Positions 17,614 through 27,256 of a stretch of DNA of 64,000 bases are shown in pieces. The notes below the pieces were generated by a model, which did no database searches, had not been told where the DNA came from, and worked only from the letters and a program-made list of their open reading frames with translations. The DNA is taken from positions 87,480 to 151,479 of IMG/VR virus record IMGVR_UViG_3300002038_000006, one strand, 5' to 3'. Both the position numbers and the translations under genes were made by a program. The DNA comes from a virus. Numbering within the stretch: position 1 is the stretch's first letter; each line of letters starts with the position of its first letter.

Positions 17614-18321
17614 TTATAACTTACTATAACTCTTGTACTTGAGTTTAGGAAAGCTTTTATCTTCGCTGCTATCTGCCAAGAATGTATTTAGAGCACGACG
17701 GTCATGCATTAGTTTTGCAATAGTCGCATCAGTAGTCTTCTTAGGTAATAGACGGTCATCGTCGTTCTTAAGGAAACGTTCTTCTAGCATTATGTCGATA
17801 AGATACTCTTGCACTGCATTTAAGTAGCGTCTAGCTTTCTTATCATCATCTGCCATCAGAGGTTCTACTGTAAACTCCATCCAAGCAACTTTAGAAGATG
17901 GTGGTGGGTTCACTAACATGAAACAACGAGTACGGTCACGATAGAAAGCAAAGTCACCAATCTCAGCGTCTTCCAAATACTGTAAGTCATCAATGCTGTC
18001 AATAGGCCATTGCGATACAGATACAGGAATACCACCGGGTGTAACACCATCACCTACCCAGAAGCGTCTATCGTCTGTAGTAAATAAAGGTTCACCTAAC
18101 TGTGGAGTAAAAGAAGGTCTAGCTTCGTTTAACCCTACTCGGATACGGATAGGTATGTTAACATTCTTACCCTTTCCTTTCTCATTCAGTTTAATTGGTG
18201 CAGGTAAGCTCTTCTTCTGAGATACATCACCTTTTTTGTCGCCCTGTCTGATAGCAGCCCTTGGACTTACATTACGGCGCGACCTCTTAACTTTGGAGTT
18301 CTTAGAAACTTCATCAGTCAT
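17614..18321 (-). CDS. protein with Mtd N-terminal-like (fibre-associated) domain
   Basis: GEPLFTTDDRRFWVGDGVTPGG motif, also present in 38311 and 38932. Confidence 0.55.
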   Translation of the reverse strand: MTDEVSKNSKVKRSRRNVSPRAAIRQGDKKGDVSQKKSLPAPIKLNEKGKGKNVNIPIRIRVGLNEARPSFTPQLGEPLFTTDDRRFWVGDGVTPGGIPVSVSQWPIDSIDDLQYLEDAEIGDFAFYRDRTRCFMLVNPPPSSKVAWMEFTVEPLMADDDKKARRYLNAVQEYLIDIMLEERFLKNDDDRLLPKKTTDATIAKLMHDRRALNTFLADSSEDKSFPKLKYKSYSKL

Positions 18322-18351
18322 TTTTCAACTTCCTTTATTTTTGGAGTTAAC

Positions 18352-19167
18352 ATGAGTGCTATTAATAAAGCAATCGATGAGGTCCGTTTCGCAATCCCTT
18401 TTGAGATTCTTAACGAGACCTTCAAAATTGAAACCAGTTACAGCTCAGGTCGTATATCTGGCGTTAAGACTTCACTTGAATCAAGGATTCGGGATGAAGT
18501 CATCGAGGAGAAAGTCCTCGTAGATTGTAACCTTATGGGTGGACATGAAGTTGTCGTTCCATTAGCAGGATTACAGGTACGTTACAATACCGATAGAACT
18601 TTCGTTGTTACGATACCAAAACGTTTGACCGAGGGACAAAGTATCACTTCTGTTCTCAGTGTAGCCCAAGCTCCTGATGGATGGATGGGTTCTATCTACT
18701 CTGGTCCACATAGTGGTACTTCTTACGATAACCGGATGGATGCATTATTTAGCTCTGTGTCACCGGGTAGACACCAATCGTTAATAGATGGCAGAGTTCG
18801 TCTCATAGGGGATAACATTATATTTGTTAAACTCGTAGATGAAACTACTAGCGATTTATTCATTAGATGTCGTGTGGGTTCAGATAGCAACATGTCAATG
18901 CTCCCAGCGAATGCTTGGTTGGATTTCTCCGAGTTAGTTATTCTTGCTACAAAAGCACATATCTACAGAGAATTATCAATACGTATGGACGCAGGACAAT
19001 TGTCTGGTGGTCTGAACTTAGGTAGATTCAAAGAGATAGTAGACGAGTATTCGGATGCCCGTACTCTATACAATGAATTCATACAAGAAAAATGGGGCCG
19101 CATTGCAGCCATTAATGATGAGGAACGACACAGCAGAGTAATCCAAAGTCAATTTGGAAGATTCTAA
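18352..19167 (+). CDS. conserved phiKZ-like hypothetical protein near phuZ
   Basis: 271-aa ORF with GGAG RBS; IPxEIL, DCNL.GG and LA.KA.IY pattern; synteny. Confidence 0.65.
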   Translation: MSAINKAIDEVRFAIPFEILNETFKIETSYSSGRISGVKTSLESRIRDEVIEEKVLVDCNLMGGHEVVVPLAGLQVRYNTDRTFVVTIPKRLTEGQSITSVLSVAQAPDGWMGSIYSGPHSGTSYDNRMDALFSSVSPGRHQSLIDGRVRLIGDNIIFVKLVDETTSDLFIRCRVGSDSNMSMLPANAWLDFSELVILATKAHIYRELSIRMDAGQLSGGLNLGRFKEIVDEYSDARTLYNEFIQEKWGRIAAINDEERHSRVIQSQFGRF

Positions 19168-19360
19168 ATATGCCGTATCAATTGGGGAGTTCCTAGTGGA
19201 CCCCCTGATTTATGAAGCTTATACTAATTAAGCGAACATAAAGCCCTCTCCTCCTAGCGTCGTTTCGGCTAGGTTACTCGCATTAAGCTCGTAGACAATT
19301 CAACTCTCGTAAACAAGTTACTCGACTTTTTATTCAAATATTAAGATACTTGAGTAAAAT

Positions 19361-19648
19361 TTATTTATTGAATTGATGCCAGAAAATGCGAAGCTTCCCA
19401 ATGAAGCACGTGTTGCGATAACGCCTAAGGATATATTCATAACGCTTACCCAACTTACTCATCACATGACCTAGTTCCTCTTGCGAGAGTTCAGTCATTT
19501 GAGGGTCTCTGAATTTGGATGCACATCTAAGCTTATACTCTAGCAGTAGTATTTGCTCACCTAGCTTCCCATCAGTTTGTCGGTTAAACCTTTTGAATAA
19601 ACTTCCCAGTGCAGAGGAGAGTTCTCTGTCGGATATTGTGTACGACAT
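19361..19648 (-). CDS. hypothetical protein
   Basis: ORF with GAGG RBS. Confidence 0.6.
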   Translation of the reverse strand: MSYTISDRELSSALGSLFKRFNRQTDGKLGEQILLLEYKLRCASKFRDPQMTELSQEELGHVMSKLGKRYEYILRRYRNTCFIGKLRIFWHQFNK

Positions 19649-19764
19649 TACGGAACCCTCGACTTGTTATTCATAACAAAAGTTTAAAATTACATATACT
19701 GGTTATCCTAAGATAGCGAGTGTACCTTACACACACCACTTGAATATAGAAATTGGAGATTAGA

Positions 19765-20115
19765 ATGAGCAATCAAACGCTTGAAGACCAAGTAAAACAA
19801 TTACAAAAAACGGTCAAACAGCAAGGTGAACAAATCAACACCTTAGTTACATCTAACCGTAACCTAGGCGGTAACCTGCGCTTCTTACGCGACCTTGTAG
19901 AAGAAAGTGTACACTTGACAGAGCAAACATCTGGTATCGTCGTAGAACACGTTACAACGCTTGATAGCCGTATGAATTCAGTTGGTAGTATCTTCACTGA
20001 TAAAATCAAACGCACATTGAAAGAGATGGGCGAAACCAACTTAATGGAAAACGTAGTAGGTCAAGTTGAGATGGATAGTAACGAACCTGACTTAGACATC
20101 AAAGCACCGGAGTAA
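19765..20115 (+). CDS. coiled-coil protein, first gene of the glycosyltransferase operon
   Basis: Heptad pattern; GGAG RBS before ATG 19765. Confidence 0.65.
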   Translation: MSNQTLEDQVKQLQKTVKQQGEQINTLVTSNRNLGGNLRFLRDLVEESVHLTEQTSGIVVEHVTTLDSRMNSVGSIFTDKIKRTLKEMGETNLMENVVGQVEMDSNEPDLDIKAPE

Positions 20116-20121
20116 CACGCC

Positions 20122-20970
20122 ATGGGATTACTATACGAGAAAACTGTAAAGTTCGATAGTAAGGCCGGTAAGTTAGCACACTCAGGTTTCCTATCACGTT
20201 CAGACGCTATTGCAGAGTCTAACAAGATGTACAAGTATCTTGAGCAACGTTGTAAAGAACTTAAGCGTAAGCTGTCTTACGATTTGTCTTACGATGGATT
20301 CCCTCAGGACTTGATTGTTACTGAAGCATTTGGTGGTCATGGTTGTTTAATCATTCACCCTGCTGACGATGGCTTTACTAACAAGTTATTAACTAACACT
20401 GGTAAAGGTGAACGTGACTTAGACTTCTTGCAAACCAAGAAAGATAAGTATTCTTTATTCGATGCTGAACATCCTGCTACTAAAGTAGTTATCCTACCGG
20501 GTACTAACTTACTTTGCCGTATGTCAATGAACGTCATTAAAGGCATGAATAAGCCTGATGTCTATTTCAAGCCTCATCCAATCACTACTGAGTTTTACAT
20601 TCGTGAAGTTGAAGTAGCTGTTGGTAGAGATAAAGTAATTAACAAACTTGCCTCTGGTGCAAACATTGTTGATAACGCAACTGAACTGTGGGTATCACGT
20701 TCTACTGAACTTGGCTTATACGCTAAGCTTGCTGGTAAGACTGTACACACGTACCGAATCGAATACAAGAACAAAGGTAGTTACTACGGACTATACGACC
20801 AAATACATCGTATTGAAGACGTCCTATCTACTGCACGTTCTGGTGTTATCTTTCCTACTGATGATTACGAAGCTCAGATTGATGAGTTCCTTGCTTACTA
20901 CGAGGATGAAGTTATTAACTACAAGCCGAAAGCTAAGAAGCGTAACAACAAGAAGAAAGGACGTAGATAA
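20122..20970 (+). CDS. KpsS/KpsC-like (capsule synthesis-like) CMP-sugar glycosyltransferase
   Basis: DKY, YFKPHP (HP motif) and RSTELGLYAKLAGKTV, which resembles NSTVGLEALL.GKPV. Confidence 0.6.
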   Translation: MGLLYEKTVKFDSKAGKLAHSGFLSRSDAIAESNKMYKYLEQRCKELKRKLSYDLSYDGFPQDLIVTEAFGGHGCLIIHPADDGFTNKLLTNTGKGERDLDFLQTKKDKYSLFDAEHPATKVVILPGTNLLCRMSMNVIKGMNKPDVYFKPHPITTEFYIREVEVAVGRDKVINKLASGANIVDNATELWVSRSTELGLYAKLAGKTVHTYRIEYKNKGSYYGLYDQIHRIEDVLSTARSGVIFPTDDYEAQIDEFLAYYEDEVINYKPKAKKRNNKKKGRR

Positions 20971-20973
20971 CCA

Positions 20974-21951
20974 ATGATTGTTTTTACTTGTGTAAATAAA
21001 GAAAGTGAAGATGCAGCGGTTATTTGGGCTGCCTCTTTAAAGCGCGCACTTGGAAAGGGTAAAGGTGGGATTAAAACCTACATGTTCCATACTCCAGATG
21101 TGGACACCAGTCGATTCTTAGACTTCAATGTATTCAGTGTTGCTATCGGTGACATGCCTAACCTAACTCGTAAAGAGATTCTGGTTAAAGTATTAGACAT
21201 GATGGTAGAGCGTAACTTTGCTGACCGTGTACTATATACGGATACTGATGTATTGTTCCAAGGTGCTTTGGATGAATTACATAAAGCACCACTGAACGAT
21301 AGAGTTTGGTTAGCTGCCCGTAATGATAATGTGGGATACGACAATAAACGTAACCGTAAGTTCTATCCGCATTACGATACTGAGTTCAACCGTAAACTAT
21401 CTATCAAACCAGATGGTTACTTGAACAGTGACGTGTTGTACTTGAAGTTAGATGGTTTCAATAAAGCTGTTAGACGTAAAGGCGTATCTAAGTTAGAAGA
21501 CTTCTATCTAGCTCAGAAAGCTAAGAACGAATACAGTGTAGAAGATTGTTTCAATCTAATCTGTGGCGAGTATGTTAACTTACCTGACCAGTTCAATACG
21601 TTTGCTGAAGACGTGTTAGATTTGGACTTTGGTGAGATGCTAGGTCGTAGGAGCGATTTACGTAGGTCTTGTATTGTTAACTTCCGTGGGGTGCATAAAC
21701 CTTGGCGTGAAACTAGCGAATTCGATTTACCTGAAATAGCTGGTGCACAGTATCCACATGATACATACCTGTCTCGTGTAGAAGCTCACATCACTTACGT
21801 TTCAAAACCTTTCCTAGAAGCTGTTAGAGCTAACGCTAAACGTTACTCACTAATCAACGACTGGGATAAGAACGTATTGGCTAAGGCTGGTCCTCTTAAA
21901 CAAAAGCTTGCTGAGTTTAAAGAGAAGTTAAAGAAAGAACCTTTCGTGTAG
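20974..21951 (+). CDS. glycosyltransferase family 8-like
   Basis: RVLYTDTDVL (DxD), YLNSDV, IVNFRGVHKPW. Confidence 0.8.
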   Translation: MIVFTCVNKESEDAAVIWAASLKRALGKGKGGIKTYMFHTPDVDTSRFLDFNVFSVAIGDMPNLTRKEILVKVLDMMVERNFADRVLYTDTDVLFQGALDELHKAPLNDRVWLAARNDNVGYDNKRNRKFYPHYDTEFNRKLSIKPDGYLNSDVLYLKLDGFNKAVRRKGVSKLEDFYLAQKAKNEYSVEDCFNLICGEYVNLPDQFNTFAEDVLDLDFGEMLGRRSDLRRSCIVNFRGVHKPWRETSEFDLPEIAGAQYPHDTYLSRVEAHITYVSKPFLEAVRANAKRYSLINDWDKNVLAKAGPLKQKLAEFKEKLKKEPFV

Positions 21952-21960
21952 GTGTACCGT

Positions 21961-22089
21961 ATGAGATATTTTTTATTCGCATGGTGGCTCCTAATAGGCT
22001 CGGGTATGATATGGCTAAATGATTTTGAGGTAGATACCTTGGGATGGTTATTCGTATTGGTATCGCCCCTATGGCTAAAAAAGAAATAA
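21961..22089 (+). CDS. 42-aa membrane peptide (absent from ORF track)
   Basis: MRYFLFAWWLLIGSGMIWLNDFEVDTLGWLFVLVSPLWLKKK; AGGT RBS; last gene of the GT operon. Confidence 0.55.
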   Translation: MRYFLFAWWLLIGSGMIWLNDFEVDTLGWLFVLVSPLWLKKK

Positions 22090-22144
22090 GTTAGTTCTAA
22101 CGGCATAAACAGGGGAACCGCGAGGAACCCCTACTTATGACCGA

Positions 22145-22711
22145 TTAACGATTTATAGCTTCCACCTCGTAGGCTACTGCATTACGTAATACCTCTAGTA
22201 TTTTGATGTCCGGAGCACCCTTCTTTATTTCCTTGGCTGTAACAAACCATTCAAGGGACCCTTTTAAATTTCCAGACGTCGCAATCTTAGATAGAACCGC
22301 ACCCTTAAGTATTTTATCTTTCATTAAAGTAACTGCCATTCTTACATGTAGTACGCTGTGTCTATAACCACCTAATCCCATTACGGATATAATTTGGTAG
22401 TCTTGTGACGTAAGCTTATCAAACCAAGGGACAATAGATAGAGCTGGGGCAGTGTCATGACACAAGTATCGTTCACACTCCTGCTCTAGCTCAGCTTGCC
22501 AAGATACACAATCCAGTTCCGTGGGGTCTTCTATCTTATTCAATTTCGAGTATAGGTCTTCCGCTACGACATCAAGTATCTCAGCGTTGAAATTCTCTAA
22601 TTGCATATTCCAGACGAGTGTAGCTATCGTACCTTTGACTTTTGCCAATGTAACCGCTTTTAAGATTTCTTCAGAATCGAGAATCATTTCTTTTCCTTTT
22701 ATACATTTCAT
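22145..22711 (-). CDS. hypothetical protein
   Basis: 188-aa ORF. Confidence 0.55.
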   Translation of the reverse strand: MKCIKGKEMILDSEEILKAVTLAKVKGTIATLVWNMQLENFNAEILDVVAEDLYSKLNKIEDPTELDCVSWQAELEQECERYLCHDTAPALSIVPWFDKLTSQDYQIISVMGLGGYRHSVLHVRMAVTLMKDKILKGAVLSKIATSGNLKGSLEWFVTAKEIKKGAPDIKILEVLRNAVAYEVEAINR

Positions 22712-22755
22712 TGTGGGGGTTAACTTACATACAGCACAGCTGTAAGCTAACGTCC

Positions 22756-23229
22756 CTAGTCGAGATAAGATGCATAGCTAAGAACTTCCGCATACCCTTT
22801 AACAAATCCGCCGGCACTAATTGCATTTGGTCCAATATGAACAACACGCTTAGTTAGGAATTCGTCAATGACATACTTTGTTTCATTCTTAAACTTAGGC
22901 CAAAGCCTTACAACCTTATCATCACATTCCGCTTCGTAGGTAATGACACGACCGTTGATGTCCCAGATATTCGGGAGATTTGGGACATCTAATATCGCGC
23001 ATATGCTTTCACTACTAGCTATCGAATTGGAGACAACCAACTCAATACGCATTTCTTTATCGTAGTAAAGACGCATCTTAATCGCATAACCAGATTGACT
23101 AATCTTGGCTGGTGATTCAAATACTATATCTTTAACTCTCTCCCAAGCTGTGGAATCTTTAGTAGGTCCTGAAGAACCTGCGGTGAAAGAGAACAATAAA
23201 GCTATTATTGCTAGTTGTAGTTTATACAT
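22756..23229 (-). CDS. putative secreted protein
   Basis: N-terminal signal-peptide pattern. Confidence 0.55.
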   Translation of the reverse strand: MYKLQLAIIALLFSFTAGSSGPTKDSTAWERVKDIVFESPAKISQSGYAIKMRLYYDKEMRIELVVSNSIASSESICAILDVPNLPNIWDINGRVITYEAECDDKVVRLWPKFKNETKYVIDEFLTKRVVHIGPNAISAGGFVKGYAEVLSYASYLD

Positions 23230-23238
23230 ACGTACGCC

Positions 23239-23688
23239 CTAGTTTGGTTGATAAAAGTTAATGGTGACGTTTTCATGGCACAGATACTTCTCGACCATAG
23301 GCCTAACGATATCTATATCCAATCCACCAGCACCACACCCAATTGGAGGAACATGGAAAGTATCCAGAGGAGAACGGGACATACAGCCACCTAACTTCTC
23401 TAAGACTCTCTCCACCCATTCTAACTTACTTGCATTACGCCACTTATACTTGGTTGGGATAAGTAGTATAGCGTAGTCGTCCCTGATTAAGTAAAGCTTC
23501 ATGGTTCCCAATATAAACTTACCGCTCTTACACAAAGCACGATAATCTTTATAAACGTCAGGATGTCTCTCTTTGCAATCCTTAGCAAGTCCAAGACCCA
23601 TGACTCCCTCGCAATTCACAGGAATAAGGACAATACCCTTATCATTATCCCAGATGTCTTCTCCCGACCTTAAAACTAGTCCTGACAT
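23239..23688 (-). CDS. macrodomain protein (DarG/Poa1-like ADP-ribose hydrolase)
   Basis: PVNCEGVMGLGLA and PPIGCGAGGL motifs. Confidence 0.85.
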   Translation of the reverse strand: MSGLVLRSGEDIWDNDKGIVLIPVNCEGVMGLGLAKDCKERHPDVYKDYRALCKSGKFILGTMKLYLIRDDYAILLIPTKYKWRNASKLEWVERVLEKLGGCMSRSPLDTFHVPPIGCGAGGLDIDIVRPMVEKYLCHENVTINFYQPN

Positions 23689-23822
23689 TTAACATCACCT
23701 ACTTTATCATCGTTATCGAAATCTATTAAGCCCACAAGGTTTTCTTCCTTAGGTATTGGTGCATTCTTAATTTCATTGATGATTTGTTCTTCGGTGAATG
23801 GAACTCTTTCTACGCTACTCAT
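23676..23822 (-). CDS. 48-aa acidic peptide (absent from ORF track)
   Basis: AGGAG RBS, MSSVERVPFTEEQII... Confidence 0.5.
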   Translation of the reverse strand: MSSVERVPFTEEQIINEIKNAPIPKEENLVGLIDFDNDDKVGDVKCQD

Positions 23823-23830
23823 TGTTTCTC

Positions 23831-24652
23831 CTAAGCCACGTCCTCAGTTATAGTTACTTTAAGAGCACGTACTTTAGAGTTACGTAAGTTCTTAGTAGTA
23901 GTTATACCTTCATGGCAAATGATTGCATTGCTATTTAAGTAACCCTCAGGGTCTGAATACATATCTCGTTTATCTATAGTAGTCAGTCCGCGTTTAACGG
24001 CTACAGGTTTAGTAAGTCCCGGTACTTCAACTAAGATACCAGCAACCTCATTCCATCGTTCGGATTCAACAAAGCCTACTATCTTTAAGTAGTCCTCTTC
24101 AATCTTACAGACACGATAAACTTTTCTACCGACTCGAACAACAGCTGAAATATATCCACGACCATAGATATTTTTCAATTGTCTCTTGAAGTCTTTAGTA
24201 CCAGAGACTTTGTTCCACTTAAGCAACTTCATCTTCTTGGTTTCACCAGAATCCCATTCGATTTTACCGATGTCTTCTAGTGTTTGATAAACTTCCCCAT
24301 TCTTTTTAAGGGGACTTAGGACGAAGCCTGCTTGGGACTGCTTACCTAATAAAGCTTGTTTTGCACAAACTGTAGATTGTTCTGCACCGTCACGTGCTTG
24401 ACTATGTCAAAGGAATAGATGTCTACCTGTGGATAGTTGAGGTTCCAAATCTTTCATCAGTTCAAGGACGGAAGGGAAACAGCTGACATACTCTTCACCA
24501 TCTATAGTTGCCTCGATATCTGCAAAAGATTTTTCGACATGAATTAGGACACCGTTAGTATATGGCCTAATAGTTACACCCTGAGATAATGCACGGTCAC
24601 TAATGTTTCCGAGCACCATATGGTCTACCTTAAATGAATTATCCTTACGCAT
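23831..24652 (-). pseudogene. 273-codon gene interrupted by one in-frame TGA (pseudogene or readthrough)
   Basis: ORFs 24407..24652 and 23831..24232 share a frame and the intervening 58 codons are open. Confidence 0.65.
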
Positions 24653-24771
24653 TATTATTGTCTCCTTTTATTGCGTGGACACCTAACCTTTATATATGAT
24701 AAATTCGTAAATATAAATACTCAACGTCTATCAAAGATTAGGTAGTACGAGTAAAAAATGTAGGGTTTAAA

Positions 24772-25995
24772 ATGAAAACGTCAATTCTAAGAATTTTTGA
24801 AGAAGAAGCCCGTCACCTAAAGATAGACAGTAGATTGATTAAGGACTTAACACGTTACGTTGCTCGTTTCGTAAACAAGAACGATGACACGTTACAGTTC
24901 CTTGGCTCACCACTTATTGGGGTCTACCCTTTCCGATATGCTAAGACAGATGAGAACGAATGGTTCGACGATGTCCTAGAGATGGATGACCTAACTCTTC
25001 AAAGCAATATTAAAGAACACTTCGGCGCTGGCGACAATAATCTTGATGCCAGTTGGAAGATTTCCTCTAACGTTACTAACCTTTCATTTGTATGGTTAAC
25101 TCACAAGATACTAAACTCTAAGCTAAAGGATAAAGAAAAAGAAGCTGGTACAATGGCATGTATTAAGATGTTACAGTACAAGTTAATCTCTTCTTTAGAC
25201 TCTCACTTCTTTAAGTATCCTGCTAATTCTGAAGTTGCTGCTGCTGTATACGCAAGCCTAACTAAGAAGTACCTACTGAAGAAACATGGTAGCTGGGCAA
25301 AGGTAATCGAAGCCCGTTCAGAAGACTTACTTGGAAAAGATTCAATCCATAAAGATGCTCTGAACAAAATGAACGATGACCATGATATTGTCTATCTAAT
25401 AAACGATACACAGGGTCGACACAAAGATATCTACAAACGTGTTACTACGTTGTTCTATGAATTCCGTGAACAAGACTCTCGTATTCAATCTATCTCTGCC
25501 ACCATTGAACTATCTGGCGAAATGGGTGTACGTGATAAACAGAATAACTATGGTAAGTATCGTACAGCAGCACATGACCTAGCCTCTACACCGTCTTCTC
25601 TTATTAGAGAGAAAGCATTGGTTGCTATATCGTCTATTGTACATACAGCCCCGCCACAAGCTGTTAAGGAGTCTCTCGAATGGATGGCTTCTAACTATGG
25701 TGCGCCACGTACAGGTTACATTAAGGAATTCGTTGAGAAGAATATCACACATGCTTGTGAGTTCATCCGTAAGAATGAATTACCTTTAAGTGACTTAGCA
25801 AATATCCTCGTTAAACTCCGCGGTATCCACCTAGCCTCTAGACAATCCGATGAAATAGTTCTAGATATCCGTGAATTGGGTTCTAAGATTACCGACCAGA
25901 GTGTTAAGAGTAAGAACGATGCCGTACATGCGTCTGTAAGAGCCGCTATTACGTTATATCTAATATTACGAGTATTGGCTAAAGATAATCTTTAA
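24772..25995 (+). CDS. conserved phiKZ-like hypothetical protein
   Basis: 407-aa ORF; LIGVY, FFKYPA and LKKHGSW pattern recalled from phiKZ-like phages. Confidence 0.6.
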   Translation: MKTSILRIFEEEARHLKIDSRLIKDLTRYVARFVNKNDDTLQFLGSPLIGVYPFRYAKTDENEWFDDVLEMDDLTLQSNIKEHFGAGDNNLDASWKISSNVTNLSFVWLTHKILNSKLKDKEKEAGTMACIKMLQYKLISSLDSHFFKYPANSEVAAAVYASLTKKYLLKKHGSWAKVIEARSEDLLGKDSIHKDALNKMNDDHDIVYLINDTQGRHKDIYKRVTTLFYEFREQDSRIQSISATIELSGEMGVRDKQNNYGKYRTAAHDLASTPSSLIREKALVAISSIVHTAPPQAVKESLEWMASNYGAPRTGYIKEFVEKNITHACEFIRKNELPLSDLANILVKLRGIHLASRQSDEIVLDIRELGSKITDQSVKSKNDAVHASVRAAITLYLILRVLAKDNL

Positions 25996-26000
25996 GAGTC

Positions 26001-26037
26001 AAAAAAAAAATGGGGAGCACAGGCTCCCCATTTTTTG
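26001..26037. terminator. bidirectional intrinsic terminator
   Basis: A-tract-tggggagc-acag-gctcccca-T-tract between convergent genes. Confidence 0.9.
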
Positions 26038-26041
26038 ACGA

Positions 26042-26902
26042 CTATAGTCTTTTATTGACACCTCTTCGATACTTGGTATACTGGGGATTGTTTCTTAAGA
26101 ATGTCTTGCGTTCAGCCAAACATTTCTCAATGGCCTCCTCCCTAGTTATTTTTCTACCGTACGCAAAAGATTTATTATGTACTACCCTCCCCTCCCAAAT
26201 TACAATACTTCTCATGATGTTACTAATTGTAGTGCCGCTTTTAGTCTTACGTTCAGTAGTGAATTCGGACAATCCAACCGGTAAATCCTGAGATAGTTTG
26301 GATGTACGTATGTTAGAAGTGCTTACACCGCCTATAGATTCTCCATTCAACTTAGCTAACCTAGCTTTCAGGGCTACCATAGCAGCTTCAAGCGTTTTAT
26401 ATCTCCCACTGCCATATTCAAAAATTCTATAATGACCAGGTATATAGTAGACATTGCCACAGTTATCACGGGCCGAACTTAACTGTTCATCTAAGTCTAT
26501 TGAGTTCTTCAGAGCATAGACAATCCTTCTTAGTTCTAGGTTGATGACAATATGGGGTAGGTCACTAACATCCGTAAAATTCTTAGAGAAAGATTTCCGT
26601 CTTCCATCGGTCTTTATAATCCAAATACATATAGTACCTCTAGAGGCATTGAGAGTACATTGTTTGGGCATTCCCCCCATGGCATAGTATGCATTATACC
26701 TACTAGTGCTCCATATGCGTCTATGTAATCTACTAGCCTCCATCCTAGCTAGGTCTTCGTTAAGGTAGTATTTATAACTACTACCTTCCCTAGTTTTACT
26801 TCTTACTTCCCACGTAGGTAGTACATAAACCAAGCCTCGCGGTAATTCAGTACCGTCGGGAGAGGTATGTTTTATCCTATCTCCCTGTAACTCTATTGAC
26901 AT
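26042..26902 (-). CDS. AP2-like DNA-binding protein (early)
   Basis: KSFAYGRKITREEAIEKCLAER is an AP2-like C-terminus, with a second RKSFS unit; early promoter and leader. Confidence 0.5.
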   Translation of the reverse strand: MSIELQGDRIKHTSPDGTELPRGLVYVLPTWEVRSKTREGSSYKYYLNEDLARMEASRLHRRIWSTSRYNAYYAMGGMPKQCTLNASRGTICIWIIKTDGRRKSFSKNFTDVSDLPHIVINLELRRIVYALKNSIDLDEQLSSARDNCGNVYYIPGHYRIFEYGSGRYKTLEAAMVALKARLAKLNGESIGGVSTSNIRTSKLSQDLPVGLSEFTTERKTKSGTTISNIMRSIVIWEGRVVHNKSFAYGRKITREEAIEKCLAERKTFLRNNPQYTKYRRGVNKRL

Positions 26903-26998
26903 TATCTTTTCCTTTTATTTAAGATTAAATGTTTAATTCACTATAGTAATATATGTTTATCTTTCTTTAGTTATGACGATAACCAGAGAGGAGATAAT

Positions 26999-27256
26999 AT
27001 GGAAGATGTACAAATGGAAACCATTGGTTTCTGGATGAATTACGGCGGTCTGTTCATAGACCTATTAATAAAGGTGGTGTTAGCCACACTTGGATTAACT
27101 GCTTCATACTTCGCGGTAAACTTTATACAAGCCCGTGATAAGAAGCTATCTGAAATTAGGGAGAATTGGGGTGACGTTGCACAAAGTATATATCGCGGTC
27201 TTACTCTTGTTGGTATCTGCATACTCATGGGGCTCATCCTTTCCTCGCCAGTATGA
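26999..27256 (+). CDS. holin-like two-TM membrane protein
   Basis: Two hydrophobic helices; GAGGAG RBS; overlaps the lysin gene. Confidence 0.55.
   Translation: MEDVQMETIGFWMNYGGLFIDLLIKVVLATLGLTASYFAVNFIQARDKKLSEIRENWGDVAQSIYRGLTLVGICILMGLILSSPV

Noticed and set aside
6729-24409. UGA reassignment, selenocysteine, or RF2-type programmed frameshifting at CUU UGA sites
   Set aside because: UGA ends many coupled genes normally; there is no SD 3 nt upstream of the sites, no redox Cys context, and the hairpin is too weak to call a SECIS.
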